Shown: positions 1 through 11,749 of the stretch, piece by piece
Layout: every line of letters starts with the position of its first letter
How positions within the stretch are numbered: position 1 is the stretch's first letter
Notes under the pieces: model-generated
Told to the model about the DNA's origin: nothing
Seen by the model: only the letters and a program-made list of their open reading frames with translations
Database searches by the model: none
Translations under genes and position numbers: made by a program
Source: an uncultured delta proteobacterium
Lineage (GTDB): Bacteria; Myxococcota_A; Polyangia; Polyangiales; Polyangiaceae
Length of the DNA: 64,000 bases
Reading direction: 5' to 3'
Assembly (NCBI GenBank): GCA_963850305.1
Contig: CAWKKR010000001.1
Location: 704,001-768,000 of the forward strand

Positions 1-48
1 GCCCCGCGCGCCATGGTTCGCGTGACCGATCCGCGCTACCGTTCGAGC

Positions 49-396
49 ATGACCGCGGAACGTGCAGCCAGGGTGCCGCCCCGCATTCGGCGCGCGATCA
101 CCGAGTTCCGGCGGCTCGTCGAAGAGCGGTTCGGCGCGCGCGTCCACGATGTCCGCTTGTTCGGATCCTACGCACGGGGAGACTGGGGACCGGATTCGGA
201 CGCGGACGTGCTCGTCGTCGTGGACGGCCTCGTTCGCGCGGAGCAGACCGAGATTTTCGGAATCGCGGCGGACCTCTTCCTCGTTCACCTGGTCCGCATC
301 TCGCCATTCGCCGTCTCCAGGGAGGACTACGAGCACATGGTTCGCGGCCGTCTCCTCATCACACGTGAAATCGAGCGCGACGGAGTCGCGCCGTGA
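49..396 (+). CDS. MNT-type nucleotidyltransferase (antitoxin of an MNT-HEPN pair)
   Basis: LFGSYARGD...DSDADVLVV minimal nucleotidyltransferase motif; GTGA overlap with the HEPN gene; start could also be 13. Confidence 0.85.
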   Translation: MTAERAARVPPRIRRAITEFRRLVEERFGARVHDVRLFGSYARGDWGPDSDADVLVVVDGLVRAEQTEIFGIAADLFLVHLVRISPFAVSREDYEHMVRGRLLITREIERDGVAP

Positions 397-797
397 ACCA
401 GATCAACCCCGACGACGGCGTGAAGCTCGAGATCGAAAAGGGCGCCGAAGCCTTGCGCGCGGCCCGGTTATGCCTGGACGCTTCGCTCTGGAACGACGCG
501 GTCAGCCGGGCGTACTACGCTGCGTTTCACCACATCACCGCGTTGCTGCTCTCGGAGGGCGTCGAAGCGCGGACGCACGGCGGCGTGCATGATCTCCTCT
601 ACCTGCACTTCGTGAAAACGGGGCGTTTCCCCGCGGGCGAAGCGAAGCTCTTCTCGGCGCTCCAGAAGTTCCGTGAACAAGCGGATTACGCCCGGACCAT
701 CCGGTTCGACGAAGCCGGCGCGCGCGAGGAAGTGGAGCGCGCGCGGCAAATCAGCGACGCGGCCCTTTCGGCGATGCGCACGAGCGGGCTCGCGTAA
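393..797 (+). CDS. HEPN domain protein
   Basis: AVSRAYYAAFH...THGGV...REQADY HEPN signature; coupled to MNT gene. Confidence 0.85.
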   Translation: MNQINPDDGVKLEIEKGAEALRAARLCLDASLWNDAVSRAYYAAFHHITALLLSEGVEARTHGGVHDLLYLHFVKTGRFPAGEAKLFSALQKFREQADYARTIRFDEAGAREEVERARQISDAALSAMRTSGLA

Positions 798-849
798 CGC
801 CGCATCGAGCGCCGCCCACACCGGGCGGGTTTCTCGCCGCTACAGCGTG

Positions 850-1003
850 AGCCGGGCGCTTCGACGATGATATCCACGTCGGCGGTCGCTCGCGTCGGCG
901 CCCAGATCCCTCGCGCGATGCCCCCGATGAGGCACGCGCGCACGCCGAGACGCGGCTCAATCGCCGCAACCGCGGCGAGCAACCGGCCGACGGCGTCATC
1001 CAC
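850..1003 (-). pseudogene. N-terminal fragment of a nucleotidyltransferase family protein
   Basis: LIGGIARGIWAPTRATADVDII motif, then resemblance is lost. Confidence 0.55.
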
Positions 1004-1085
1004 GGCGACGTCCCGAGTTCTTGGCGGCGCTCGAGGAACGAAAGGCTACACGGATTCCGAGCGGGTTCCCCGATTCGGCGGGAGC
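1004..1085 (+). repeat. 82-bp segment repeated in inverted orientation at 47770-47851
   Basis: Direct comparison: GGCGA(C/G)GTCCCGAGTTCT(T/C)GGCGGCGCTCGAGGAACGA...CCCCGATTCGGCGGGAGC in both places. Confidence 0.85.
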
Positions 1086-1317
1086 GGTCGCCTCACCCCG
1101 ATACGAAGCGCCGCATGCGGCCTCGTGTGGATAACTCGCCGCCTGCAGTCCTTGCACCTGTGGCGCAAAGACAGCATCGCTCGGAGAATCACGCGGCTTG
1201 GGCGACGAGTCTTCCGGCGAACTGCCGCTGCCGAGTCCCGTCGGAGCTACCCCAGTTCGCTGGCTCGTAGCTTGCTTAGGGGACTCCTCCAAGTCCGCAA
1301 GCCACGGAGGTACCCGT

Positions 1318-1785
1318 ATGAAAACCGAAAAGCTCATGACTCGCGATGTCTGCACGTGCTCACAGGAAGACTCCTTGGAGGACGCTGCCCGTGTGATGTG
1401 GGACTCGGACGTCGGGTGCTTGGTGGTAACGGACGGAGAGCGGAGGCCAATCGGGATGATCACCGATCGCGACATCGCCATGGCCGCCTACACGCAGGGG
1501 GTGCCACTGCGTGACGCCTCGGTGGGGAGCGCCATGGCCCGCGAGGTAGTGACCTGCTCCTCCAGTACCTCGTTGAACACCGTCGAGAACAAGATGCGGA
1601 CCGCCCAGATCCGTCGAGTCCCCGTCATTGATTCGGACGGGAAGCTCATCGGCATCGTGGCGCTCGGTGACATTGCCCGGAGCGCCCAGTCGACCCCATT
1701 GCATGGGACCGAGATCCCGGGCGTCGCAAAGACGCTGGCAGGCATCACCGAACGGCGCTGGGCCGAAGCTCGGGTGGCGGAGTGA
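1318..1785 (+). CDS. CBS domain pair protein
   Basis: MTRDV...AARVMWDSDVGCLVV...GMITDRDI...IRRVPVID...GIVALGDI; GGAGG RBS upstream. Confidence 0.9.
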   Translation: MKTEKLMTRDVCTCSQEDSLEDAARVMWDSDVGCLVVTDGERRPIGMITDRDIAMAAYTQGVPLRDASVGSAMAREVVTCSSSTSLNTVENKMRTAQIRRVPVIDSDGKLIGIVALGDIARSAQSTPLHGTEIPGVAKTLAGITERRWAEARVAE

Positions 1786-1943
1786 TGCGGCCGACGCCGG
1801 TAGAGGTCCCCCGCGTGCGTTTGGTCGTCGTGGAAGACGGTGCGTGCGGGTTCGATTCCTACGTGAGCCCCGACGAGTGCGAAGAGACAATCGTCGTCGT
1901 GCAATGTGGCGGGGAACTCCCGAAAATGCTCTTCGCGGGTTGA
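1785..1943 (+). pseudogene. truncated hypothetical protein, paralog of 46983-47598
   Basis: RVRLVVVEDGACGFDSYVSPDECEETIVVVQC matches the N-terminus of the longer minus-strand copy. Confidence 0.65.
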
Positions 1944-2016
1944 CCCCGATGGCCTACGTTGATCACCCGTCGCGTCGGCGGAAGCAGGTAGGCATGGTTC
2001 AGCCCAGACTCGTCTC

Positions 2017-5000
2017 TTGAAGGACACTGCGGACGTCGCGTCCTCGTTCCCCATCATAGGTGTGGGGGCCTCGGCAGGCGGGCTCGCTCCCACGACGGAG
2101 CTCGTCCGCGAGCTCCGCGCGGCGCCGGGGATTGCGCTCGTGATCATCCACCATCTCGATCCGACACACGACAGTGGCCTGGTCGAAATCCTCTCGCGGG
2201 TCACCGTGCTGCCGGTGCTCGGCGCGGCCGACGGAGCTCGCGTCGAGCCCAACCACGTCTACGTGATGCCGCCGAACGCGGGGCTGCTCATCAATCGAGG
2301 GGTCTTGAAGCTCGTGCCGCGGATCGAGGAGCGCGGCCTTCACCTCCCCATCAATCGGTTCTTCGAGTCCCTCGCAGTCGATCGCGATCATCTTGCCGGA
2401 GGTGTCGTGCTCAGCGGCAGCGGCTTCGACGGAACCGAGGGCATCAAAGCCATCAAGCGCGAGGGCGGAATCACGCTCGCGCAGGACGCGACGGCCCAGT
2501 ACGGCAGCATGCCGGAGAGCGCGATCGCGACCGGGTGCGTCGACTTCATCCTGCCGCCTGGGGGTCTTGCCCGTGAGCTCGGACGCCTGGGTACGGAGGC
2601 GCACTCCCTCCGGGCAGTGCCGGCGTCCGGCGCCGACGAGCGCGACTACCTGCGGGTCCTTTCGGCGATGCGGAAGGCGACTGGCGTCGACTTCGCGAGC
2701 TACAAGCCAACGACGATAAGGCGGCGCCTCGAGCGGCGTCTCTTCTTCCACGGCATCTCGGATCTCCCCGCCTATCTCGACCTCCTCGAGCGCGATCCAG
2801 CCGAGCTCGCGACACTCTGCGAGGAAGCGCTCATCCACGTGACCGGCTTCTTCCGCGATCCGGACGCCGTCGAAGCACTCCGCACGCTGGTCTTTCCGAA
2901 ATTGTGCGAGGGCCGGCCCCGCGACGCTGCGATCCGCGTCTGGGTCCCCGGTTGCTCGACGGGCGAGGAGGTCTACTCGATCGCCATTTGCCTGCGCGAA
3001 TTCCTGGGCGAAGCGCGCCGCGAGCTGCCGATCAAGATCTTCGGAACGGACCTGAGCTCCGCGGTCATCGAGAAGGCGCGCGCGGGCAGCTTTCCCCCGA
3101 GCATCGAGGGTGAGGTCTCCGAGGAGCGCCTGCAGCGCTTCTTCTCCAAGACCGAGGGGGGCTATCAGGTTCGACGCGACCTGCGAGATCTCTGCGTCTT
3201 CGCGAAACACGACGTCGCGCGGGATCCACCCTTCGCCGCGATGGATCTGATCAGCTGCCGGAACCTGATGATTTACCTCGGGCCGGAGCTCCAGGATCGC
3301 GTCATTGCGCTGCTGCACTACGCCCTGAAGGAACCGGGGTTCCTTCTCCTCGGCACCGCGGAGACCGCGCGCGCCTTCCCGGGATTTGCCGTCGTGGACG
3401 GCAAGAACAAGATCTACGTGCGCACGTCGGCGGCGCCTCGCCTGGCATTCGATTTCACGGCGCCCCGCCCCATCGTCGACCGGCCGGTCTCTGGTCCTGG
3501 GGCGTCGGACTCCTCCGTTTCCGTCGCCGCGTCCAGGCTGCCCGGTCCCGCCGACGTTCACCGTGAGGCCGATCGGCTCGTGCTGGCGGAGTTTGCACCG
3601 CCGGGCGTCGTCGTGAACGATGACCTGGCCGTCGTTCAGTTTCGGGGACACACGGGCGCCTTCCTCGAGCACGCTCCCGGAGTGGCGACCCTGGATCTCC
3701 TTCGCACGGCGCGCGAGGAGCTGCGGCTCCCGCTCCGGCGCGCGATCGACCACGCTCGATCCACCGAGAGTCCCACCCGGGAGACGGGGATCGCGCTACT
3801 CGTCGGCGACAAGCGCCGCATCGTCGCGCTCGAGATCATCCCGTTCTCGGTCCGCGGGGCGCGGCAGGGATTCTTTCTCGTGCTGTTCCAGGACGTCACC
3901 CCCAACGACGAGGCCGGAGGGGTGAGCGCGGAGCGACCCGTCGCAAGCCCTGCCGGGAAGCCCGAAGGCGCGCTCGAGCACGAACTCTCGTCGACGCGCC
4001 AGTACCTCGAGTCGGTCATCGAGCAGCTCGAGGCAGCGAACGAAGAGCTCAAGGCGGCCAACGAGGAGATCGTGTCGAGCAACGAGGAGCTTCGGAGCAC
4101 GAACGAGGAGCTTCAGAGCGCCAAGGAGGAGCTCCAGGCGACCAACGAGGAGCTCCGGACGGTCAACGACGAGATGCGCGACCGGAGCGCCGAAGCAACC
4201 CGCCTCAGCGACGACCTCTTCAACGTGCTCATGAGCATCGACATCCCCATCCTGCTCGTCGGGCGGGACTTGCGCTTGCGGAGATTCACGCCGGCGGCAG
4301 GCGGGGTGTTCGGCTTGAACCCCGCCGACCTGGATCGTCCGGTGAAAGACGTCCCGCGAGTCGTGGCCGCGGTCCCGTCGCTCATGCCGACGATCGCGAA
4401 GGTGCTTTCGGACTTCCAGCCGGTGGTTCTGGCGTTTCCGGACGAATCCGGCCGGGCCTACGATCTCTCCGTGCGTCCCTATGTGACGCTCGACGGCCGG
4501 GTCGACGGGGTGGTGGTCGTCGCGCGCGACGTGGACAGCGAGCGGAAGGCCGCGGCACGAGTCCAAGCCGCGCGAGCCTACGCGGAGAGCGTCGTCGAGA
4601 CCATTCGCGAGGGGCTCGTCGTCATCGATCGGGAGCTCCGCGTCACCTCGGCGAATAGGTCCTTTCTGCAAATGTTCCGCTTCTCGTATCCCGAGATTCG
4701 AGGGCCGGCGTCTCGATGCACTCGGGCACTCCGAGCTGTCCGCGGCGTCGCTGGGGGAGCGACTCGGAGGGCTGGGCGCGGACGAGACCGTCGATGCCTA
4801 CCGCGTCGAGCAGCGGGACGCATCGGGAGACCCGGCGACGTTCTTGCTCCACGCTCGGCACATCGCAAACACGGGGCTCCTCCTCCTCTCGTTCCAGGAC
4901 ATCACGCTGTCCGAACAGGCCAAGGCCGCCGTCCAGTTTCGGGACGTCCTCGCCGGAGCGGCAGAAGGTGTCCTGATGGTCGACCGGTCGGGACGGATCG

Positions 5001-6025
5001 GCTTCGTCAACAGGGCGGCGGCGGGCATGTTCGGTTACGACAGCAACGAGCTCCTCGGAACGTCGGTCGACTTGCTCGTGCCGGAATCGCTGCGCGAGGG
5101 TCATGCGACGCACCGCGCGGACTACATGGTCGCGCCTTCGCCTCGCGTGATGGGGCGAGCTCGCGAACTGTTCGGTCGACGCAAGGACGGGACGGAGCTG
5201 CCCATCGAGGTGACGCTCAGCGCCGTTGCGAGAGAGGAGGGGCCCGTCGTCGTCGCCTTCGTCACGGACATCACCGAGCGACGGAACGCCGAGAAGGCAA
5301 TCCACGCGTATCAGGACGAGCTCCGCCGGATGTCCTTCGAAGCAGCGGTCGCCGAGGAGCGCGAGAGACGGCGCATCGCCGTCGAACTGCACGACCGGAT
5401 GGGCCAGGTGCTCGCCCTGGCCGAGATCAAGCTCACCTCCGTTCGCGGCGGACTCTCCGGCGAGGCCCGTTCCGCGGTCGATGGCGCCGTGGAGCTCCTC
5501 GAGCAGGCGATCGTCGACGCTCGGACGCTGATCTTCGACCTCAGCCCCCCGATCTTGTACGACCTCGGTCTCGAGAAGGCGCTTTCCTGGCTGGCCGAAG
5601 ACCTGGAGAGACGTCACGGGCTCGACGTCGAGATCACCGACGACGGGGCGGACAAACCGCTCGACGACGCCGCGAAGGGCGTCGTCTTTCGCGCCGTGCG
5701 CGAGCTGCTGATGAACGTGCTCAAGCATGCGAAGTCACCGGCTGCGCGGGTGTCCGTGATCCGGACGGACGATCATCTCCGCGTCGACGTGGAGGATCGC
5801 GGCGCTGGCTTCGATCCCGACGTCACGGCTGCGTCCGGGAGCGGCGGCGGCTTCGGCCTCCTCAGCGTCCGCGCCCAGATCTCCCGGCTCGGGGGCGTGC
5901 TCGACGTGAAATCCGGTCCAGGACGGGGCACGCTGGCGAGCGTTCTCGTTCCCCTGCAAGCGCCCGCTTCGCCGCCGGCGCAGGATCCACGCCTCGACCC
6001 GGCCGGCGGACGAGAGGCACCATGA
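2017..6025 (+). CDS. CheB methylesterase-CheR methyltransferase-PAS-histidine kinase (HisKA_3) fusion, frameshifted near 4700-4840
   Basis: GASAGG (CheB); RVWVPGCSTGEEVYS and DLISCRNLMIY (CheR); NEELQS coiled coil; PAS ([13 protein letters not shown]); ERRRIAVELHD...EDRGAGFD...GFGL in ORF 4844-6025. Confidence 0.85.
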
Positions 6026-6636
6026 GGGTCATTCTTGCCGATGATCACCGGATGATGCGGGAAGGACTGCGGGCGGTCCTCGAGAAAGCCGGCGTCCAGG
6101 TGGTCGGCGAGGCCGCGAGCGGTCGCGAGGCGATCGCGGAAACGAAGCGCCTCCATCCGGACGTCGTCGTCATGGATGTGGGAATGCCCGACCTGAACGG
6201 GATCGACGCGACCCGTCGCCTCGCGGCCGAGATGCCCAGCGTGAAAGTGATCGCGCTCAGCATGAACGCCGATCGACGCTATGTGAGCGCAATGCGGGAG
6301 GCGGGAGCGGCCGGCTATGTGGTCAAGAACTCCGCTTCGGACGAGCTCCTCACCGCCCTTCGGGTCGTGATTCGTGGAGAGAACTACTTGAGCCCGGCGA
6401 TCCCGGAGTACATCACTCCAGAGGCCGGATCGGAACGGCCGCTCAGCGCTCGGGAGCGAGAGGTACTGCAACACATCGCGGACGGCGATTCTTCCAAGGA
6501 GATTGCCGCGACGCTCGGGATCGCCGTGACCACCGTCGAGACACATCGGCGTCAGCTGATGGACAAGCTCGGCCTGCGGACCATCGCGGAGCTCACCAAG
6601 TACGCGATCCGCGAGGGATTGACGAGCGAACGGTAA
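6022..6636 (+). CDS. NarL/LuxR-family response regulator
   Basis: MRVILADDH...PDVVVMD receiver; LSAREREVL...SKEIA...TVETHR LuxR HTH; ATGA overlap with the kinase. Confidence 0.92.
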   Translation: MRVILADDHRMMREGLRAVLEKAGVQVVGEAASGREAIAETKRLHPDVVVMDVGMPDLNGIDATRRLAAEMPSVKVIALSMNADRRYVSAMREAGAAGYVVKNSASDELLTALRVVIRGENYLSPAIPEYITPEAGSERPLSAREREVLQHIADGDSSKEIAATLGIAVTTVETHRRQLMDKLGLRTIAELTKYAIREGLTSER

Positions 6637-6733
6637 TCCCGTTGGCTGCCGCCACGGTGGCCACTGCGTTACGGCCGGGAAACATCGAGCCGCACCCAAT
6701 CGCCGATCCCAACCGGGTTCCAGGGAGGGGGTC

Positions 6734-8531
6734 GTGGATCATGAGGATAGGCACGGGCAGCCAATGAGGCACGCTTCCCGCTCGCCGATGGTCGACGTGG
6801 AGCTCCAGAACTTGCGCGCGGTGCACGAGGCGCTCGAACGGCGTTTTCAGGAACAAAGCCTGGACCTTTCTCGGAAACTCGAGGACCTCGAAAAAGAGAC
6901 TCTCGTCCGGAAGAATACGGAAGTGCTACTGCTCTCGTCGCGAGCGCAGGTCGTCGCGCTGCTGGAAGAGCGCGACGCCGCGCAGAGTACCCGAGACCTG
7001 CTCGACACCGCGCCGGACGCGATGGTCGTCGTCGACGGAGACGGCCGGATCACCTTGGTCAACATCCGAGCAGAGGCCCTGTTCGGCTATTCCCGCTCGG
7101 AGCTCGTTGGGCAGCACCTCGAGCTCCTGATTCCGGACCGCTTTCGTCGGACCCACGGGCGGCACGTCAGCGGCTTCTTCGCGAACCCGACCGTTCGCTC
7201 CATGGGGTCGGGTCTCGAGCTGCATGGCCGCCGCAAGGACGGCACGGAACTTCCGATCGAGGTGAGCCTGAGTCCGCTCGAGACGGGGTCCGGAACGACC
7301 GTTTCCGCGGCGATCCGGGACATCAGCGAGCGCCAACGGACGGAGGCCGCCGCCAGGCTCGCCGCCGAGCGTCTCGCGAGCGCCGTCGAGAGCATCCAGG
7401 ACGCCTTCGCGCTGTTCGACCGCGAGGATCGATTGGTGCTCTGTAACAGCGCATACCGGGGGCTCGGGGAGTCTCTCTGGGAGCCGGTCGTCGGCACGTC
7501 ATACGAGTCTCTGCTGGACGCGATGATGGGAGACATCCTGTTTCCGGACGAGACCGCGCGTGTGCGCTTCCGCGCCGAGCAGCTGGCGCGACGGCACGGC
7601 GACCTAGAGACGACATTCGACATCCGGATGCGCGACGGGCGCACCCTGCGCTTCGCGGACAGAAGGACGGCGGAAGGCGGAATTGTCACGACGATCTCGG
7701 ATATCACCGAGGACGTCCGTCTAGCCGATGAGCTCCGCGAGGCACGCGTCGCCGCCGACACCGCGAACGGTGCGAAGAGTGATTTCCTGTCCGGCATGAG
7801 CCACGAGCTTCGGACACCGCTGAACGCGATCCTCGGGTTCGCCCAGCTCCTGCAACGGGACAAGAAGGACCCCCTCTCGGACCGTCACCGGGATCGGGTC
7901 GCTCAGGTCCTCAACGGGGGCGAGCACCTGATGCGCCTCATCGACGACATCCTGGATCTGTCGCGCATCGAGGCCGGGGGCCTGTCGATCTCCACCGAGC
8001 CCGTGGCCGTGCTCGAGGTTCTCGAGGAGGTGAGGCAAACCCTCGCACCGATCGCCGCGGAGACGGGGATCCAGATCGACGTCGCGTGCTTCCCAGCAGA
8101 GCCCGAGTTGGTCGCGGTGGATCGGACAAGGCTCGCACAGAATCCTCATGAATTTCGGGTCGAACGGCATCAAATACAACCGGCCCCAGGGCAAGATGAT
8201 GTTCACCGTGCTCACACCGACGCCCGGCTTCCAGCGTGTCGCCGTTCGCGACACGGGCCTGGGGATCCCTCTGGACAAGCAGGACAAGCTTTTCCAGCCG
8301 TTTCAGAGAGCCGGACAGGAGACTGGACCGATCGCGGGGACGGGGCTCGGGCTCGTCATCACGCGGCGACTCGCCCGGTTGATGAACGGCGACGTCGGCT
8401 TTCGAAGCACCCCGGGCGAGGGCTCGGAGTTCTGGATCGACATGCCCGTTCACGAATCACGAGTGCCTGTCGTGGCTACTCGTCTCCTTCGTCCCACGTT
8501 CGGTCAGGAATCCGGGACGTACAAGACTTGA
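6734..8531 (+). CDS. PAS-PAS sensor histidine kinase, frameshifted near 8140
   Basis: PAS domains; [16 protein letters not shown]-box; N..KY, DTGLGI and GTGLGL boxes in ORF 8148-8531. Confidence 0.85.
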
Positions 8532-10180
8532 ACGGCCCCACGAGAATCGACGAGAGCACGTCTGGGGGGGCATTCGGCGAATTCGGGGGCAGTCAAGAGC
8601 CGCGTCGTCGTCGATCTGGCTGAATTTCCGTTGTGCGAAGGGCGGGACTCGAACCCGCACAGGAGTAACCCCACTAGCACCTCAACGCTCTTCGCCCGTC
8701 GCGACGTGTCGCTAACTGCTTGTTTTCTCGGCCCTCTGGCTCGGCGGTTCCGACCGTTCGCGCCCGTTTGAGGGGTGGTGGACAACGAGGTGGACAACGC
8801 CGGGCCGCAGTCCGGGCACCCCTCTCGCTCGTTCGGCGCGAGCTCCGGAATGGCATGAAGCACGCACGGGAACGGCTCGTACTCGAGATCCGCGAGCATC
8901 TGCGCCATGCGGGTGTAGCGGGCCAGCATCTGCGACGTTGGCGTGTGTCCCGTACGCTCCGTGATCCATAGGTCCGACTTTCCACCGCGCCTCGCCCACG
9001 TGCAAAACGTCGCCCGGCCGTCGTGAAACCGGATCGCTTGCACGTTCTTCGATTGTTTGAAGAGGATCTCCCGCGTTACGCCCGACGCTTTCAGATCGCG
9101 TCGGAGCACGTCCGCTTCGTCGTGCTCGATCTGCCAGGTTTCCTCGAATTGCCTCGGCCGTCCCGGCCGCCGCTCTTCCGAAACGTGCGGAGCGCCACGC
9201 ACGCTCCGAATTACCGGCTCGTCCCCTTCGGGTCGGCCGCAATGCTCCCACCACGCACGCAGCACCGCGAACACGCACGCCGGCTCGACGCGGAAGAAGA
9301 TCGGTGTGCCGTGGTCTTCGTCTTCCGTCGCATCGAGCCGCTGATAGCCCTTCTGGTGCAGCACCGAGACGGTACCGTGCTTCCAGTCCACGCCGCGCCA
9401 AGTGAAGGCGAGCAGCGTCCCCTTGCGCCATCCGAAGTAGGTCGCCAGCAGGTAGAGCACGCGCCGGCCGAGCGGGATCTCCGTGTTGGCAAGCAGCGCG
9501 AGAACTTCGGGCGGATAGAGGAAGTTATAGAGCTTCGGCGGATCCTTCGAGGCGCGGTAGGCCGCGAGCACAGGGTTCGTGCCCGGCGCTCTCAAGCCAA
9601 GCGGGATCTCTGCAATCGAGAAGATCCGCGAGAGGTACGAGTGCAAGTGGTTGCGCGTCCCGGCAGACGCACCGCCCTGCGACGCCATGATCCTCGCAGT
9701 GTCCTCGTGGATCACGTCCGCCGCCAGTAGATCGCCGAAGAGCGGCCCATGCGGGCCGCGCGTGCGCACCGAGTACGCTCGCTTGTTGAGCACCGCGTTC
9801 GCGTTGTAGCCGTTGGTATTGTACTTCGAGGACGACGGGCGCAGTCCGTTCACGGCGCCGTGCTTCTTGAAGAGGTCTCCGCTGAGCCACGCTTCGCCGA
9901 TCTCGCGAACCGTCGTGAGCTTCTTTTCCGCCACGAGCTTGCCGCGCCTAGTGTGCGGGTTCTTCTCGAGCAAGCGATCGATCATCGCGTCGAGCTTGCC
10001 GGTCTCGCGACCGCGCTTGAGGAACGCGTCGAGCTTCGCTCGCGCCTCTTCATCGCTGAGATTCTTGCCGAGCGGGATGCGCGGCCGCGATCCGTCCGAC
10101 TTCAGGACCTTCGCGTAGGCGCGAACGCCGCGTCGCTCGATCGTGCCCTGCCCGTCCGCCCGCCTGCCCTTCTCGCTCAT
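8504..10180 (-). CDS. int: tyrosine recombinase/integrase of the island
   Basis: Catalytic R (FGWRKG), HxxR (RFHDGR), H (RTGH), Y (LARY); reads through the att repeat. Confidence 0.9.
   Translation of the reverse strand: MSEKGRRADGQGTIERRGVRAYAKVLKSDGSRPRIPLGKNLSDEEARAKLDAFLKRGRETGKLDAMIDRLLEKNPHTRRGKLVAEKKLTTVREIGEAWLSGDLFKKHGAVNGLRPSSSKYNTNGYNANAVLNKRAYSVRTRGPHGPLFGDLLAADVIHEDTARIMASQGGASAGTRNHLHSYLSRIFSIAEIPLGLRAPGTNPVLAAYRASKDPPKLYNFLYPPEVLALLANTEIPLGRRVLYLLATYFGWRKGTLLAFTWRGVDWKHGTVSVLHQKGYQRLDATEDEDHGTPIFFRVEPACVFAVLRAWWEHCGRPEGDEPVIRSVRGAPHVSEERRPGRPRQFEETWQIEHDEADVLRRDLKASGVTREILFKQSKNVQAIRFHDGRATFCTWARRGGKSDLWITERTGHTPTSQMLARYTRMAQMLADLEYEPFPCVLHAIPELAPNEREGCPDCGPALSTSLSTTPQTGANGRNRRARGPRKQAVSDTSRRAKSVEVLVGLLLCGFESRPSHNGNSARSTTTRLLTAPEFAECPPRRALVDSRGAVQVLYVPDS
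8633..8685 (-). repeat. att core: 53-bp duplicate of the tRNA-Leu 3' part
   Basis: Identical to 61872-61924 (GTGCGAAGGGCGGGACTCGAACCCGCACAGGAGTAACCCCACTAGCACCTCAA). Confidence 0.95.
8777..8800 (+). promoter_or_regulatory. putative integrase arm-type binding sites (tandem GGTGGACAACG)
   Basis: GGTGGACAACGAGGTGGACAACGC; inverted copy with 23/24 identity at 61782-61805. Confidence 0.7.
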
Positions 10181-10824
10181 GGCTCCCCCATACCGAGCGC
10201 GGCCAACTCGCGATCTATGTCGCCGACGTCAGTAGTCTTCGGCGGCTTGCTGCCGCTTGTAATGTAGGTATCGATCTCGGCGCGCCGCACGAGCCATTGT
10301 TTGCCTTGCTTCCGGGCGCTCGTAAACACACCCTCTCGGCAAAGGCGCAAATGCTTGCGTTTGCCGAGGGGGCTGTGCGTCTGGTCGATCCAGTCGGCAC
10401 CGGCATCTAAGGCCATGGCGACCGTCGCAGCCCGCTTCGCACGCGGCGACGTGTCTGCTCTCGCGCCGTCCATTCCGGCACGCTGCGACGGGGAATCGAT
10501 TTCCGTCGTAATAAATGCCTCGGGCGATTCGAGCCCGAGCAAAATTGTGGTTCGTGCGAGCGGGACTCGCGCGCCGCTCGCCGAAACGACGAAGGCACCG
10601 TCGAGCGCGGCGTCGTCCACGGGCTCACCCTGCTCGCCGACCCAGCGCGCCTTGCATGCGCGCAGGTCGATAGGATCGGTGAATTGCCAGTGTTTTGCAT
10701 ATCGCTTGCCAAGCATCGCTGCGAAATACGCCGGCGACCACTGGAAGACAGGCCCGCTCGCATCCGAGACGATGAGCGCCACGCGCCCTACCCGCGCCGC
10801 TCCGACTGCGATCCACTCGCTCAT
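10177..10824 (-). CDS. excisionase-like protein (C-terminal HTH) with N-terminal extension
   Basis: WIDQTHSPLGKRKHLRLCREG...ARKQGKQWLVRRAEIDTYI resembles Xis/MerR-type HTH; ATGA overlap with int. Confidence 0.6.
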   Translation of the reverse strand: MSEWIAVGAARVGRVALIVSDASGPVFQWSPAYFAAMLGKRYAKHWQFTDPIDLRACKARWVGEQGEPVDDAALDGAFVVSASGARVPLARTTILLGLESPEAFITTEIDSPSQRAGMDGARADTSPRAKRAATVAMALDAGADWIDQTHSPLGKRKHLRLCREGVFTSARKQGKQWLVRRAEIDTYITSGSKPPKTTDVGDIDRELAALGMGEP

Positions 10825-10832
10825 TACCAAGG

Positions 10833-10899
10833 ACGGTAGGTCCGTCGACCGCTTCGTGTCAATACACGACTTGACACCGTCTGGGGCGCCGCATAGTAG
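10833..10899. promoter_or_regulatory. back-to-back sigma70-like promoters / operator palindrome
   Basis: GTGTCAA-N8-TTGACAC at 10856-10877 gives TTGACA on both strands; minus strand TTGACA-18 nt-TACCGT ends 8 nt before the ATG at 10824. Confidence 0.5.
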
Positions 10900-10907
10900 G
10901 AAACGGC

Positions 10908-11129
10908 ATGCAGCAGCAGCGACGCCGTCGCTACACCCGAAACATCAACATCCGGCTACGCCCCGGCGAAAAAGACAAGATCGACGCCGCGGCGAAGGCT
11001 CTCGGTATTCCCACCTCGTGGTGGATGCGCCGCGTCTTGATGACGGCTGCGGCGGAAGTCGATCAGCGAGAGCAGGAGCAAGAAGACGTAACGCAGCCGC
11101 GTGCGAAGGCTGCGGGTGCTGCAAGGTAA
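10908..11129 (+). CDS. ribbon-helix-helix DNA-binding protein
   Basis: INIRLRPGEKDKIDAAAKALGIPTSWWMR: beta-strand-helix-helix pattern; divergent from the xis-like gene. Confidence 0.65.
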   Translation: MQQQRRRRYTRNINIRLRPGEKDKIDAAAKALGIPTSWWMRRVLMTAAAEVDQREQEQEDVTQPRAKAAGAAR

Positions 11130-11299
11130 AGAGGATAGGAGAGCGACCCGACAGACGCGATCGAGCTAAGCGTTTGCGCTGCGCCATGACGACAAATGTC
11201 AGGGCTCCGCCAGGGCCGGCGCATCATCCGACAGGTAGTTCCATGTGCGTCCATGGACCAGCGGTGCCCGGCTCCTGTGGGGGCTACTTCTCGCGTCCG

Positions 11300-11560
11300 C
11301 CGCAGGATGATCATCATCTCGTGAAAGGTGACTCCTCGTCGGACGAAGATCTCCGCTACCTTCGCCACGCTCGTGGAGCCGGGGGTGACTTGAGCAACCG
11401 CGTTGCGCCGAGGGCGCCTCCTCGACGGCGGGCGCCGGGCAGTCCGTAGAGCGGGCATGAAAGAGTAGATGCGGTCCAGGTAACGCCGCCTGGGCCACTG
11501 CCCGGACTCCCATCGCCGCACGAAGTCTTCCGGCACTTCGAGGGTGGAGGCCACGTCCTT
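11300..11560 (-). pseudogene. XRE-like HTH regulator fragment
   Basis: KDVASTLEVPEDFVRRWESGQWP resembles HTH_3. Confidence 0.4.
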
Positions 11561-11749
11561 CGAGGTCGACGGCACCCGCTTCGCCTATGTGTTCTACGAG
11601 AGCGGTCTGTCGATCAACGTGATGTACGGCCTCGACGGCGCGAAGAAGCGCGCCGTCGGGTTCAAGCTCTCCGTCGGCATGGACATGCCCGCCGAGCTTG
11701 CCACGCGCTTCAAGTTCGCCACGCAGAAGTCGAAGCTGGCCGGCACCAT

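Noticed and set aside
2017..6636. Single 1539-aa CheBR-to-response-regulator ORF
   Set aside because: The stretch from about 4700 to 6021 is off-frame Arg-rich text. The kinase is in ORF 4844-6025 and the regulator has its own ATG at 6022.
8763..8772. CRISPR spacer 2 targeting the att arm (CCCGTTTGAG)
   Set aside because: Only a 10-nt match, expected by chance in 64 kb; the rest of the spacer does not align.
8504..11575. Prophage or conjugative element
   Set aside because: No capsid, terminase, tail module, relaxase or T4SS genes are recognisable between the att sites.
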